A stretch of DNA of 64,000 bases, from assembly GCA_040285855.1 (NCBI GenBank), contig JAUFOQ010000001.1:434001-498000 (forward strand). Direction: 5' to 3'. Under the pieces are notes generated by a model, which was given only the letters and a program-made list of their open reading frames with translations, did no database searches and was not told the DNA's origin. Numbering within the stretch: the stretch's first letter is position 1; the number at the start of each line of letters is the position of its first letter. Both the position numbers and the translations under genes were made by a program. This DNA is from Eukaryota sp. GEM-RC1. Taxonomy: Eukaryota. Positions 1-12,660 of the stretch are shown piece by piece.

Positions 1-849
1 GCAACGGCTAACCAACTAGCTGTTTGACTTTCGTCAAAGTTCAACACGAAATTCTTGCTGAGATTCTGGATGATGATAGCTTCTGCAGGTACATATAAGC
101 TAAATGTTATTGTCTTCTAAATGAGAAAATTCACAACAAAATCTTACACATCGGACCAGTAACTGCGACCGTTGAAAGGAATCAATCTTTCTCATGTCAA
201 GGAGTGCCATTTTGTTGAAAAAATAACATTCCATCTTTGACATATTGGATTCTTATTTAGCTCAACTTACGACAATTAAGAGCCATTATTAGATTCTTCC
301 CTTGACGAAATTAAACTAACTATGACAAAAGACCAAGTATTTAAAAGAGTCGTCAATAATGGTCTTCCATCCAAGTAACTCACACTTGAAGCTTCAAAAG
401 AGTGCAACTTTGTCTTGAACACTCTAACATCTTGTCAGTTGTTCGTTTTGATTATCCACAACAGACTCTGATATCAAAAGTCTTCTGATTGATAACTGAA
501 AGTCATAACATGACCATTATTATTGAGTGACTGGAAGTTTCTCAACATTCCAGGTCCAGATTCAAACATAACTGAAAAAGATCTTTGGTTCTCTTGAGTC
601 AATACACTTCCACTACTCAAGCTATGGGTGACCAGAAGAATCTTATACTTAGTCAATCTAATGATCCATCCACAGAAATGAATCGGTACCTCAAGCTTGT
701 TATCAACATTTTAAATTGTTCCACTGCTATTTCACTAGGTAATGGTAGAACTATGTTTTCTATTAGTATAGCTGCTGACTTAGTTTTATGTACGTTCAAT
801 AATCAGCAAGGAATCTCCAAGTCTGGTGGGAACAAATTCTAAAAAACAA

Positions 850-1080
850 TGAACAATTGCTTTTAGAATTTTTGAGTGAAGTAATTTCATCAGAGCATTG
901 AAAGTAGCAAAACTTCGCTACTTATTCTTACCTCCTTATTGTCCGGAATCAAATCCGATTGATGCCGTTTGTGGTTTACTTCCGTGCAAAATCAGAGATT
1001 TTTCACATTTGACTGACTTTCGATTAACTGACTTGCTACATGTGGTTTTGCGAAACCATTTGAATTTGAGCTCTCAAATA
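850..1080 (+). mobile_element. Tc1/IS630-type DDE transposase C-terminal remnant (copies at ~28731-28960 and ~50135-50365)
   Basis: YLFLPPYCPESNPIDAV matches the LPPYSPELNPIE motif. Confidence 0.7.
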
Positions 1081-2029
1081 TTTGTTGAGGACACTGGATG
1101 GACTAACACAAGACTCAGACTTTCTTGCTTGGGGAAGAGAGCTGGTCGAACTGTAATCTTTTATGATTCATTCTGCTAGTATTTCCATGAACACTATATA
1201 CATTTGGTTGTGTCTATGGATTCTATGATAAACCTGCCAGAGAGATTTACTAATTAACTCAACAGTTCTGGGTGCAATGCCTCATATGAAGTGTTTTTGG
1301 AGCATCTCCAATTGAGTATATGAGGAATTCGTGGCAGACACTGATAAACTGAAGTTGGGTGTTTCAATAGGTAATCTCCGTGAACGAGTTTCCGTTACCT
1401 TAGACAGTTCCTACAAGTACGTAGTAGAGCTTGCGGTATTGGATTATCAGACTCCTTTGTTTGATGAATGGACAATCGTGTAATTTCAATCCGTAGTTAC
1501 GTCGATAGCCAAGTTAAAGATACACAATTGGTCCAAGAATAATGTTTGGAAATGGTAAAGTAATGTCATTTGACTTTTTACTGTCAATTTCTCAACAATC
1601 AAAAATGATGAAAGTTTCTCTCATCATAAAGACTTTATGGAGAAAAAAGTCTTCAGTTAATCAATTCAATAATAGTCAATGGCATAAATAACTGAAACAG
1701 TGAAAGTCAGTACATTAGTAAACAATATGTAAATTCAATTTGATAAAAGATACATCACGATAATTGATTGAATAGTCAACAAAGAGCAGTTACTTATAAC
1801 ATAATGATGACGTCAACGAAACAATTCTCTGCATTTATTATAAAATAGGAATGACGTGATCAAGTTTCTCCCATCACGTGTACAGAGCTCATGAGTTACA
1901 GAATGCGGTAAGATAGAATACATGTGTAAACGATGATAGATGTACAAACAAGGAAGGGCAAATTTGAAACGATCACAAAGACGAGTTAGATGAGTTAGGC
2001 TGAGAGAGATCAAGGTCAAGAAGAGTTTC

Positions 2030-2690
2030 AAGTGTTGTTGACAAGAAAAATGAAGATAAGTCGGAGTAAGTGGAAGAAGAAGCGATGCTGAGAAAGATAT
2101 GGTTGCTGTAACACAGGTGAAAGTAAATCGCGCTGGAGAACAAGTGGTAATGAAAGTACGAGTAGGAACAAGAAGACGAAGGACCGAGGATCGAAGAGGA
2201 TTGGAAGAAGCATTCGCGTATTTGAAGACGAGAAGTACGGATGGGGAAGGATCAAAACCAAATGTGGAAAGAACAACATTAACGGAATGGATCGAACAAG
2301 AAAGGACGATAAAGAAGGGGAATGAGATAGAAGAAGAAGAGAGATAGACATGAATAGGCGACGGATTAGGTTGAGAGTGATAAAGATGACTCTCACATCA
2401 TTGTTGATGAGAAAGACGAAGAAGTGGTAGCATAAGTGATATTCAGAGGACATGGCTGTTGTAGCACAACTGAAAGCAAACCTAATCGATCCTGGGTGGA
2501 GAACAAGTAGTAACAAGAAGACAAGGGTTCGAGGATTGCGGAAGATTGTAAGACGACACTGCATATTCGTAGACGAGAAGTACGGAGGGGGAATGATCGA
2601 ACCAACACGCGGACCAAACAATGGTAACGGAGTGATATGAACAAGGGCGATGAAGGAGATGAGATATAGATCCAAGAACAACAGAGACTC
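2030..2690. repeat. Two diverged ~330-bp direct repeats, possibly coding, unknown family (also ~29912-30570 and ~51315-51975)
   Basis: agacgagaagtacgga and neighbouring sequence occur twice. Minus-strand translations FPIRTSRLQI..QSSSILGP and FPLRTSRLRI..QSSAILEP are similar. Confidence 0.7.
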
Positions 2691-2756
2691 AGTGAATAAA
2701 CATGATTGGACGATCAGAGAGTAGGAAATGTTGATGTTAGGACATTTATGGAGATA

Positions 2757-2935
2757 TAACTTCTTTTGATATTAAGCACATTTAAATATCATAACCTATT
2801 ACAGAAAATTCAAAAATTGTTGAATATTTTTTAAATATTTTGAAACATTTTAAGTTTTTGAAGAAAAGTAAATTTGTTATTTGAAAAATGTAATGAGTTC
2901 GAACCTAGAAGACATACTTGTTTTTACAAAATGAT
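2757..2935. mobile_element. Terminal sequence of the HUH-Rep element family (inverted homolog at ~15850-16027)
   Basis: TAACTTCTTTTG...gtaatgagttcgaacc is the diverged reverse complement of ggttcgaactcattac...CAAAAGAAGTTA. Homology ends sharply at TAAC in both. Confidence 0.8.
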
Positions 2936-3229
2936 TTATTATATCAACAGTAATTCAACTAAAAGAAGGTACGGTCTACAGCTTCGATACGGTGACACTG
3001 TTCTTTTCATCTACCCGACTTTGTCATCACTCCACCAACTTCTGCATAATCATGTTCGTCTCTTTCTGCACATACACACCACCCACATCCTTTACGTGCA
3101 CTATGTTTCTATCAGCATTAACACAGATTCTAATCATTTGACTGTGGTGACACTTCTATATCATATTTTCCGCTATATCTCACACAGTTTACGTTCGAAC
3201 GAAAACAAAGATCTTTTAAAATAAAGAAC

Positions 3230-4085
3230 AAAACAAGATGTAAACAATGTTTACCAAACATGAGACCATCTAATTGGGATTCACATGAAAGTTCTAGTAT
3301 GAGGTGAATATCTTGTAAAAGCGGTTAAGATAGATGGCCTGGAAGAGACAAAAAGGGCACGACATGGATATACTGTTGTGTTGAGAAAATGTTGATGTAA
3401 CAAAACTACATTGTAGATATCATAAGTACTCTCAAAGAAGCAGTCTTGTTTGATGACGTATTAATGAGTCAGAATAGGATTCTTGATGACTCCCCAAAAG
3501 TCACGAACCTCCAACTTAGGTGTAATAGCAATAAATCAATTTGGTTTATCTACTCAAAAGATATCAGAAATATTCAGATCAGGGAGCTTACGATACCTTG
3601 ATAAAAGAAAATGATAATGGAGCTGGGTTGACTTCCCTAAAGACCATCAGAGTGGCTGAAAGTGAGCTAGAATTTGTTGTACAAGAGGAAGAAAGTTTGG
3701 GATCAATTGTTCAACGGCTTTGCATAGACCTTCTTACTGTTCTAGATGTTCTACGGATACCGTTGTGAGTACAATTGGAACAATTGGAACAACACGATGA
3801 AATACAGCACCTTCTTATTTGGACCAACATTACTCAAGTACAACTGTAATAAGCTACACCAATACGACACATAGGCAACAGTTCATCATCAACTAAACTA
3901 GAAACATACTCATGCGACGATGAAAAGGGATATCAATTGACACGCAGAATTCATTTCGGAAAATTGATGTATGGCCTTCAACTAGAAAGAACAATATATG
4001 AACCCAGTTTCTTTTGTGATTTTTACTGTATTTGTAGTTCTCTTCGGCGGAAGAAGGAATTTCTTCCACTCAGAACTTCACAGAG
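3230..4085 (-). pseudogene. Decayed paralog of the SWIM-like/Ulp1-like gene (copy at ~31114-31969)
   Basis: SLVDDELLPMCRIGVAYYSCT..NVGPNKKV aligns with SLVDVVLFHTCRIGVALYTCSCTLSYVDPNKKV at 12120-12260. A possible Q-D-G-x-x-x-G remnant lies near 3250-3290. Confidence 0.65.
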
Positions 4086-4186
4086 ATTACAACTTCTGTA
4101 TGTCATGATTAAATTGCAACACACACTATAATTGTTTCTTATTTTCCTAAGGCTATGTTAAGCCTGTAAAATTTAGGTTATTTCAT

Positions 4187-4534
4187 TTATTGTAACAACT
4201 TCCCTAAATTTGAAACGTTTGATTTTACTACCAATGGTAACTTTCCGTTCACCCAGGATTTATGAAGAACAACTGATGGTTCTTCATCATTATTCGAACA
4301 AAATATAAGATTTTGTTTGTCTTCAATCAAGCAGAAGATTTTGAACGGTTCACGACAAGTTTGAATGTTGTTAATGAAGTTCCGTCTTCTTCTACTGCGT
4401 TGATCGACCGTATAAGAAACTTCTGGTAAAAGTGGAAGTTGTGCTTCAGAATCACTAATTTCTTCATCAGAAGAAGTGTAATCTTTAAGACAAGATTTTT
4501 TGGAACAACAAGTACGAGAAGGTCTTGAAGACAT
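4187..4534 (-). CDS. ORF-x, 115-aa unknown protein of the HUH element (form without SET domain)
   Basis: Open ATG-TAA frame. NIQTCREPFKIFCLIEDKQNLIFCSN..EEPSVVLHKSWV is conserved at 14941-15075 (+). Confidence 0.6.
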   Translation of the reverse strand: MSSRPSRTCCSKKSCLKDYTSSDEEISDSEAQLPLLPEVSYTVDQRSRRRRNFINNIQTCREPFKIFCLIEDKQNLIFCSNNDEEPSVVLHKSWVNGKLPLVVKSNVSNLGKLLQ

Positions 4535-4577
4535 GAAGAAGAGGGATATGAAGAAAATGAAAATTTTTGAAAAATCA

Positions 4578-4630
4578 TGTCAAATGTCAAATGTCATTTG
4601 TCATTTGTCACAACATATAAATAGTTACAT
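4578..4630. promoter_or_regulatory. Five TGTCA repeats at 7-bp spacing plus a TATA-like element between divergent ORF-x and HUH Rep (homologs 14860-14915 and ~36302-36357)
   Basis: TGTCA at 4578, 4585, 4592, 4599 and 4606. TGACA at 14890, 14897, 14904 and 14911 in the second family member. Confidence 0.7.
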
Positions 4631-4642
4631 ACAACATCAACC

Positions 4643-5020
4643 ATGCTTATGACAATCTCATGAGGTGGTGTTGCACCTATCCTGTAACTGGATCAATGTT
4701 CGTCATCTCTCAATGAAAGTTCTCAATGTATTTGGTTCTGATCTTGATGAATGTGTGTTAGTCAAAGAATCCCATGTTCAACATCCCCGACCTCACATTC
4801 ATTTGTATGTAGATGTTTCGTCGTCATTAAGTGAAACAGAACATGTTGTTATTTGATTTATGTCTTCCTTAGAATCAAAAATACTCTCCTGCTCAACAAC
4901 CTCATATTGAAAAAGCTCAAGGAACAACAGATCAGATTATAATCTATCTGTCTAAAGAATCTAAACTTATGTAAAAAAACAAATCTTGATGTGGCTGTAT
5001 TTTGTTTTGAACATTGATAA
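4643..5020 (+). pseudogene. HUH (rolling-circle Rep) endonuclease domain, copy A, frameshifted
   Basis: MLMTI (motif I-like), KESHVQHPRPHIHLYV (motif II), LFDLCLP, PHIEKAQGTTDQIIIYLSKE (motif III YxxK at 4945-4959). Confidence 0.8.
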
Positions 5021-5399
5021 TCTATAGATTCACCTTAAAACAGAATATGATTTACTTTGTTAACCCTAAAAGTGAACTTGAAAAAGGTTGTATTGAGATT
5101 ATATTGACCTTTTATAAACACTCTTTTATTTTATTATAAATGTATATTGACCTTAAGAGTGATCTTAAACAAACGAATATTGTTATGTTTATTAAATATT
5201 GTATGACCTGTTATTTTGTCATAACAGTAATTGAACAGAATGTTCCAGAAGATCTGAAACACTTGCAAATTGTAATTGATATAGTCAAGTCTGAAGCAAT
5301 GAATTCGTATTATCAAAAGCAGTGACTATTATGGACCTACCGATTCATGTGCTTGTTCATATAGTCACATTATTTAATACACCACAATTTTCCAATCTC

Positions 5400-6000
5400 T
5401 TTCCGATCGTTTTCTGTTCTTCTAAGTAGAATCTGAGGCACCGTAAAAAATGTCATCTTATGGAAGTTGCTCCCAGGGTATAGTACATTTAGCTAATACT
5501 ACAGCGATTGTAGTGGAATTCCAGTGTTCGATACGGTATAGGGAGAGATTACTTGAATATCAACTTTGAGATTATACAATAAAATATAGACCCAAGTTTC
5601 TAACACATTACATGAGCATCAGCATGATATTATCCTTCTACAACAAGCGCGTCAGGCGAATGAAAAAAATTGGTTGTTGTAGTGTATGGTTCCAAATGAT
5701 TAGGTTCACTCTTTTGGAACAGTCCACACATCTGAGATCAATTTAGCAGATTTTAGCTTTGAGTATTTTTTTCTACAGTAAAAATTTCAGTAATCGACAT
5801 ACAATGACTGACACATCACGAGTGTCTATACTTAAACATCATTGAAACCAGTATGATATTATGTATAATGTGGAGTATTTCAATTATCCTTATTGTAGAA
5901 AAAGATGTACCGACAATTGCGTTGTAACTAGACATTGGTTTAAGTAAAAATCAAAATTTGAACAACTTTATTTTGCAAATTGTAAACCGCTACAAAAGAT
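5400..6000 (-). mobile_element. Degenerate hAT transposase remnant
   Basis: Minus-strand LISDVWTVPKE..SFGTIHY near 5670-5750 resembles the hAT first catalytic D-x-W-T...T-x-H motif. Confidence 0.45.
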
Positions 6001-6749
6001 ATTGTAATTACAGATAAGGTCATCAACAGTTTCATGATGTTGATATTGTTTTTTAATAATTCGTGACAACCCTACATGAACTTTGAGTTGAGAAAAATGT
6101 TGGTGTAAGTCATCCACCGATTTCATTGTAAATGAATATAAGCCACTGTGTTCCTCTATGATTGTTTGAGAGGATATAGTGAACCACTTATTTACTGGTG
6201 GTTCCCATAGATAAGCAGTGAACCGTTCATTATTGCAATGAACTCCTTTTGATCATTTTTCCATTGATTTGATAGATAAGTGATTAGTTCTATTTGATAC
6301 AATACTGATTAATTAGAGAATCCTTAGAGATTAAATAATAGTTGTCAGATAAAGCTACCTCCAATGAAGAGAGGAAATGTAAGAAATCATACTACTCGAA
6401 AGTAGTGTAGTTTCAGAATGACACTATGACACGTCATCAATAGTTTTAGTCTGTATATTTGACTTAATATAATATTCCTTCTTTTTTTATCTAGATATGG
6501 GCACAGTAGTAACATTTTGGGACCTTGAAATTAGAAGATCCTTTGCGTGTAATTTACATGTTCCCGAAAAAGTTTAGAAAACTAATATAGATAATTTATA
6601 TTTATTAAAGATGTACTGATTACAACTTTGACATGGTCATTTACTATACGGAAGATGTGTGAGTTGGAAGTGACTAGGGGAAATAGAGTTTAGACGAAGA
6701 TACTTCTCTACGTGGTGTATTGTTTGAGCTGATCTAAGATGGTGTTTGT

Positions 6750-7230
6750 TGAAAGAATATATGGGGAGGGTTATTCCCAAAGCATTACCAAGATTGTCAA
6801 AGAATGTGGTGCAAAGTACAAGCAGAGAATGATGGTGATCGGAGAGAAGAGGAAGATTGAACCGGGAGAAGTTGGAGGTGTCCCTTTCCTGTCAGAGTAG
6901 ATGTAGTGACAACGGCAGAAAGTGTATGTTATTCAAAAGTGTATACGTCATCGAATGCTCCTTCTACGATCGTGTCTCGGAGAAAGATATGATCGAGAGG
7001 GAACTTCGATGCCCTGTGTATAGACTTTAATTGAGAAATGCTCCGACCAACTCATGCAGGGAAGAGTGTCATCTCATCTCCTCAGGAAACTGGAGAGGAT
7101 GCTTAAGTGACGTTTAACAGGTGGAAGCGTTGTTATATCATACGTAAGAGAACCAGGGGGATGCTGGATTTAAGGAACATGAAGTAGGTTGAGGAAAAAG
7201 TCTGTTCATTGACGTAATGATGAGTCACAA
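6750..7230 (-). mobile_element. Possible retrotransposon gag remnant
   Basis: LRDTIVEG and a decayed C-x2-H knuckle-like stretch; many stop codons. Confidence 0.3.
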
Positions 7231-7584
7231 CTAGAATCTGCTTGAATTTTGACCTATCTCCTTAAAAAGGCTAGTTCCTTGCTTTTGGTCATTGTTTCCC
7301 TCACCATCATCCCTTCTTGTATGATCAATTATTGTACTCATCCTAGTATTTCTTTATTGTTTAAACGAGTGTTGATCGTATGTTCAGAGTCTACTGTCTG
7401 TCGTTCTGAAACCCACACTTTGATTAGTTCAGCTCAACAGTTGAGGCGTTGTTGAATACTTCTGACACTTTTAGTACTTTCATTGATGTTGTCTCAGCCC
7501 AGTTCGTTCTTTCCCATCCTGATCTGATCTTCACTAACCACTTACTTGTACGAGTTAGGTTGTGTTTCAATTTTGTAGTCCTAT

Positions 7585-8322
7585 TCAGTGGAAGAAGGAA
7601 TTTCTTCCACTCAGAACTTCATAGAAACTTGTATCTGACAAGTGGATGGACGAATCCACAGTATTTATTTTGAAAGGTGATCGTTTAAGTACCAACCGCC
7701 GTGTTGAGAGTGTGTAGTGTTTTTGAAACGGCTGGTTGAGGATGACGTTTACGTCTTCTTGGCAGACCACCCAATAGAAAGCAGGATTTTCATTTTTAAA
7801 GGATTCAAAGCACCAAGGAACAACACGTTTTGCAGTATATACGGCAATACTTCTCATTTGTTCTACAGTTGATGGTCGACAATCGTTGATTCATTAAGTT
7901 GGATACCACTGAAAAACACATCAGAAACTATGGTTTCTACATGCTCATCTGACCATCACACCACACGTATACAGGATCGTGCTTTTTTTAATGGTATTCT
8001 TCTTGGAGATCAAAGGTGTTGTTTCTAGGATGTTGAGGACATCATATGATCTCCTATAGTCAATGCCTAGATCAGTGGTCAGATCTTTGACGCCAAACAT
8101 CCCTTTGATCTGGGCGTATGTTAGGATCCTATTAGTCACGGATTCTAAAGTTTCCCGCTTGCTTGTGACAGGAGCAGGAGTCGATAAGGAGAGGGATTCA
8201 GTTTCAGCCTTCGGTTGAGGGGTAATGGTCGGTATGTGGGTAGAGGAGAGACATTCCCGGTTTATCAAGGTCCCATTGTCAGGGACCAAACCTTTGATCG
8301 TTCGCGCCAGTGCTAAGATCAC
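7585..8322 (-). pseudogene. E2F-like transcription factor, N-terminally truncated and frameshifted
   Basis: ETLESVTNRIL...DLGIDYRRSYDVLNILETTPLISK matches the E2F/DP winged-helix RRxYDxxNVLE motif. YVW and a marked-box-like NPAFYWVVCQEDV follow in shifted frames. Confidence 0.8.
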
Positions 8323-9484
8323 TGTCAGTTCATTGTTTTCTTGAAGTCTTTATGATTCCAAAAATCATCTTCAAATTCAACATCATTGATTGACGTAATT
8401 ATTGAACCAAAGGTATTTTTGAAATAAAATTTTTCCTGTTTTTTCCCTAAAACTTCATTTTCGTCTTTTGTCTTTAACGATTTGTTTTCAAATTTTGTTG
8501 ATGAACCATGATTAAAATTTTGTTCTGAAAGCAAGTCAAGTTGTACACTCTGAAGTAGCTAGTACATAACAAGACATAGATTTTTTCTTGATCTGTTAGT
8601 GTATAATTTTGTCTGATTTTGTTTCTGACGTGCATCAACCATTAATCCTTGTAAAATTGAAGTGACATTTAAACAGACAATCCATCCACAGATAAGGGAC
8701 GATATTGACTGTTCAAAAGGTATATTATAGTCCACCTTATAGTGTGTTAATCTTGCAAACAGATTTGTTTCCCCACATCCATAAACAGTTCTAAAAGGAT
8801 TAACGATTAATTCAGTGGTTAATGAATAAGCCAAAGAATCTTAAATATAGCATAATAATACATTTTCTTCATTTAGAACCAATTCAATAAGAATCCAATG
8901 ACCAGATCCCGCATCACCAGGAACATGTCTTTTCACCAAACGTAATGGGGCAAGAATTCTTTTTCCTGATTTTTAGTGTATCGGCAATAGCCTTACCAGA
9001 ATGTAAGGCATAGCATATTGAATCACTTATCAACTGTTGAGTTTCTTGAGATTGCAGGAACTTGTACTTCTACTTGATTTAAATTTTTGGAATGCAAGCA
9101 TCACAATGAAATCAAGTTCAAAACTCAACAAGAGTTGTGTGTTACCTTCCCTATCATCTTTTGTCAACATTTTCTCAATATCACTAAATCCAAATTTTAA
9201 TTTTGAATTTATGTAAAACTTATCACTGATTAATTCTACAGAAAGGATGAACGGGTTACGTTGGTTTTTGCGTTTCACATGTTGAGATAAATTAGCATTA
9301 TTACTGACTGGAACAGGAACTATTTCAGATGGTTCATAGCAAATATAATGAATATGATTGATTGCGAAGTTATCAATTCGACGTTTTAGTGAAGGAAAAA
9401 CGACTTGAGATGGAGTATCGTCAATGCGAGTATTGTCACAATCATGTAAAAGAGTAGGAGACTGAGGAGGAGGAGGGGAACGAG

Positions 9485-12083
9485 TAGGGTTGTAATTTGA
9501 GTCGAGTCAAACTCACGAGTTTCGAGTTGAGTCAGCCTGACTCGACTCGCTTGACTCATAAGTCAAGTCGAGTCGCCCTTGTATTTCGTGGAGTCAGCCT
9601 GACTCGACTCATATGACTCATGAGTCGAGTCAAGTCAGGAATTTCCAACTCGAGTTGACTCAACTCATTTGACTCGTGAGTCAATACTATAGTGTTTCCC
9701 ATAAAGTACCAATAGCTATCCTAGTTGAATTGAAGTTTAGATTCAAAATATGAAGGTCTTTAATACATTTATATTTTAAAGTGTTTTTTTTATTTTAAGA
9801 AATGATGAAGATGGCGACTGAAAAGGTGGTTTTTCCTTTCATCATTCATGACCAACCAACCAATCCACTATATCAGTGATGACGACGCTCAACCTAGAAT
9901 CATCTCATTTCTAACTTCCCCTCGTTCTGGCTCACAGCGCCTTGAACAAAATCCTTCTACCTCTACCTCTTCATCTGATTCTATTGCTTCTACTTCTACC
10001 TCTTCATCTGATTCTTCTACTTCTCCAAGACAGCGTAGCCTGGAAATAGGTCCTACTACCTCTTCTGCTACTTCTATTACTTCTCCCAGACGTTCTGATG
10101 TTTGGTCTCACATCGCGGACAAGAATCAACATCCAGGCAAAAAGACCTGCATTCATTGTCGTGAACCCACATGGGATGAAAACTCTCTATCTACCTCAAC
10201 CATACGACGACATCTGGATAAAAAGCACCCCAACTGGGATTCTGAAAGCCCTCAACCCACTCGAACTCTTTTTGGTACCCCTGCCGAACAAAAGGCACAA
10301 AAACAAAACCGATTGCAGAAACTGCTAACCCAGTGCATTGTGGATTGTGATTGGTCATTTAACATTGCTGAACATAAAAGTTTTCAAACATTTTTAAAGG
10401 AAATGAATCCTGATTTCAAGCTAAAAAACAGGGTCACGCAGCAGCAATTGTGCAAGACTATGTTTTTCAAGAGATCAATGTCATAAAAACAGCCCTCAGC
10501 CAAGTCAATAGCCGAATCTCGTTGACGGCTGACTTGTGGTCTTCAATTGCAAAGAGTCCATTTCTTGGGGTTACGGCGCATTGGATAGATAATGAGTTCA
10601 ATGCAAAGTCGATTGCATTAGACTTAAAAAAATTACCATTTCCCCATGACCAACCGCACATTGCAACTGCACTCGTTGAAGTTATAAAGGATTTTGCTCT
10701 GGAAAATCGAATCATGGCCATTACCACGGACAATGAACTTGCTATTTGTAATGCTGCAAATTCCGTTTGCTACAACCGTCGTTGTGCTGCTCATGTCCTG
10801 AATATTTGGGCTAATGATTTTATTGAAGCAACTTCACAATACACTCAAAAAGTACTGAAGTTTGTGGTTGAGCTTCATCGCTCCCACAGTGTGTATCAAA
10901 GATTGAAGGCTGTGTTAAACTTAGCAGGGCATAGGGTAAACACTATTCCTATGTACGTTTGCACAAAATGGAATTCCTTTTGCGAAACAATATCAACCTT
11001 TGTAAAACTGAATAATTGTATTGACGAATTCTTGCGAACAGAACCAGAATTATTAAAGTATCTTTTATTGGACACTGAACGAATTCATTTGAATACTATT
11101 GTTGAATTTTTGGGTTTGTTAAAGGACGCTACAGACGATGTAGAAAGCGAGTCATCAACTCTTGCTACTTCAACTGTTGCCTTAAATGAAGTCATTCAGG
11201 CAGCTGGAAAACTGTTGACCGAAAATCAGCCACATGCAATGCAGGATGGAGCCTTAAGGATTTTGAATAAGTGGAGAGATGGAGCCGGATTTAGAACATC
11301 ATACCAGAAGCTACTGTATGACGAAAATGCATTGATAGGAGCAGTACTCGACCCCAGAGTAAAAAACGATCCAAGTCTGCTGCCAGTAGATTTGCTAGAA
11401 GTTGACCCAGGGTTTAGGAAACTTAACCAACTTTTAAATTCAAACCCGACTGTTTTAAGACAAGTTGAAGGAAACGTTCAACTCGGTACCAACGGCAAGG
11501 AGACGAATGCAGGAAAGAAGCGGAGAAAATCCAAGAATGGATTGTTCAGCAAGGTGGCCGGGAAGAAGACCGATCGAGATGTAGAGTTTAATGTACAAGA
11601 TGAACTAAGAGACTACTTTAGTGAAGGAAAAGTCAATCATGACTTGGATCCAGTTGAATGGTGGAGAAATAATCAAGAAAAGTATCCAAAACTCTCTTGT
11701 ATTGCTAAGAATTATCTTTCCATTCAAACAAGTTCTGCTCCAAGTGAGAGGTTGTTTTCAGCTGCTAATCACATTATTAGCAAGAAGCGTGCTCGTTTAA
11801 GTGATGATACTGCAAGGTATTTGCTTTGTTTACGGTCATGGTATTCCAAAAATTTGATTGAAGTTAATAGTAGTATTGATTTTGAGTAGTAGTTCTACAA
11901 CTAGTAGTCTAGGTACTAAATAAAACCGTTTTTAATTCTGGACAATCAAAAGATTCATGAGTCGAGTCGAGTCAGTCGAATTTTGGATGAGTCAGCCTGA
12001 CTCGACTCGCTGGACTCATGAGTCGAGTTGAGTCAAGAATTTTAGACTCGAGTTGACTCGACTCGACTCAAATTACAACCCTA
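9485..12083 (+). mobile_element. Complete hAT DNA transposon, 2599 bp
   Basis: Perfect 24-bp TIRs TAGGGTTGTAATTTGAGTCGAGTC, 8-bp TSD GGAACGAG (9477-9484 and 12084-12091), and GACTC/GAGTC subterminal repeats at both ends. Confidence 0.97.
9848..11889 (+). CDS. hAT transposase with one frameshift near 10445-10450
   Basis: BED finger (SDVWSH..CIHC..STIRRHLDKKH), LTADLWS, ITTDN, RCAAHVLN, LDPR, and dimerization motif WW..YPKLS.IAK.YLSIQTSSAPSERLFS. Confidence 0.95.
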
Positions 12084-12349
12084 GGAACGAGCAATTGTAA
12101 CTCGTTTAACGTCTTTCAGCAATTGAAACAATGAATTAAGAAAACCTTTTTATTTGGATCAACATAACTTAAGGTACAACTACATGTATATAAAGCCACA
12201 CCAATACGACACGTATGAAACAATACAACATCCACTAAACTACAAACATGTACATACGAAGGTACACAGAATTCATGTTGAATAATTCTTGTTTTTGCAT
12301 TCAACTTGGAAGAACAGAATGTGTTCATTGTCTTTTCTTTTTGTTAGTA

Positions 12350-12660
12350 CTACTCTTTAGTAGTGATCGAAAAATACCTATTACAGTTTAGCCTCCCATT
12401 AGTGCAAGCCTTTGGAAACAAGCAAAAAAAAGTCTGCTGATCCACTCAAAGACCTGAAAAACATTGTTCATGTTGAATATTTACTCATCCCATTTGTGAT
12501 TTTTTATGTATGGTCGTTTGGGTAAATTAGCCTTGCAGTTCTTAGATGATTTTGCAGTGATTTTGCAGATAATCTTGCAGTGATTTGCTGCTGAACGGTT
12601 CATGTGATTCTTCGAACTCTTCTTTTCAGGCGTTAGGTGTTCAGCAATCAAGTTCATGGA
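12350..12660 (+). mobile_element. Non-LTR retrotransposon restriction-like endonuclease (RLE) C-terminal remnant (copy at ~33800-34105)
   Basis: LIPFVIFMYGRLGKLALQFL matches the PFVxxxxGxxGxxAxxFL tail of CRE/R2-like elements. Confidence 0.6.

Larger units (their letters stand above)
8559..12340 (-). pseudogene. SWIM-like + Ulp1-like (C48) cysteine protease gene, split by the hAT insertion
   Basis: Removing 9485-12091 gives an in-frame join (KRVTIARS-PPPPQSPTLL...VKRKNQRNPF). Downstream GHWILIEL, YI*DSL and EQSISSLICGWIV supply the H/D/Q/C catalytic pattern. The N-terminal YTCSC...IHC is SWIM-like. Confidence 0.7.

Noticed and set aside
4643..5330. Complete endogenous CRESS virus or canonical Helitron
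   Set aside because: No helicase motifs, no recognisable capsid, no TAATATTAC stem-loop, and no Helitron-type ExQxRGxxHxH motif.
7587..7611. AGTGGAAGAA-GGAAT-TTCTTCCACT hairpin (also 13264-13288 and ~4047-4071) as a Helitron 3' hairpin
   Set aside because: No CTRR end follows, and the surrounding repeat aligns with the 5' part of the Ulp1-like gene (12260-12330).
9485..9690. GACTC/GAGTC repeat clusters as a CRISPR array or satellite
   Set aside because: No repeat-spacer periodicity; they are subterminal repeats inside hAT TIRs.
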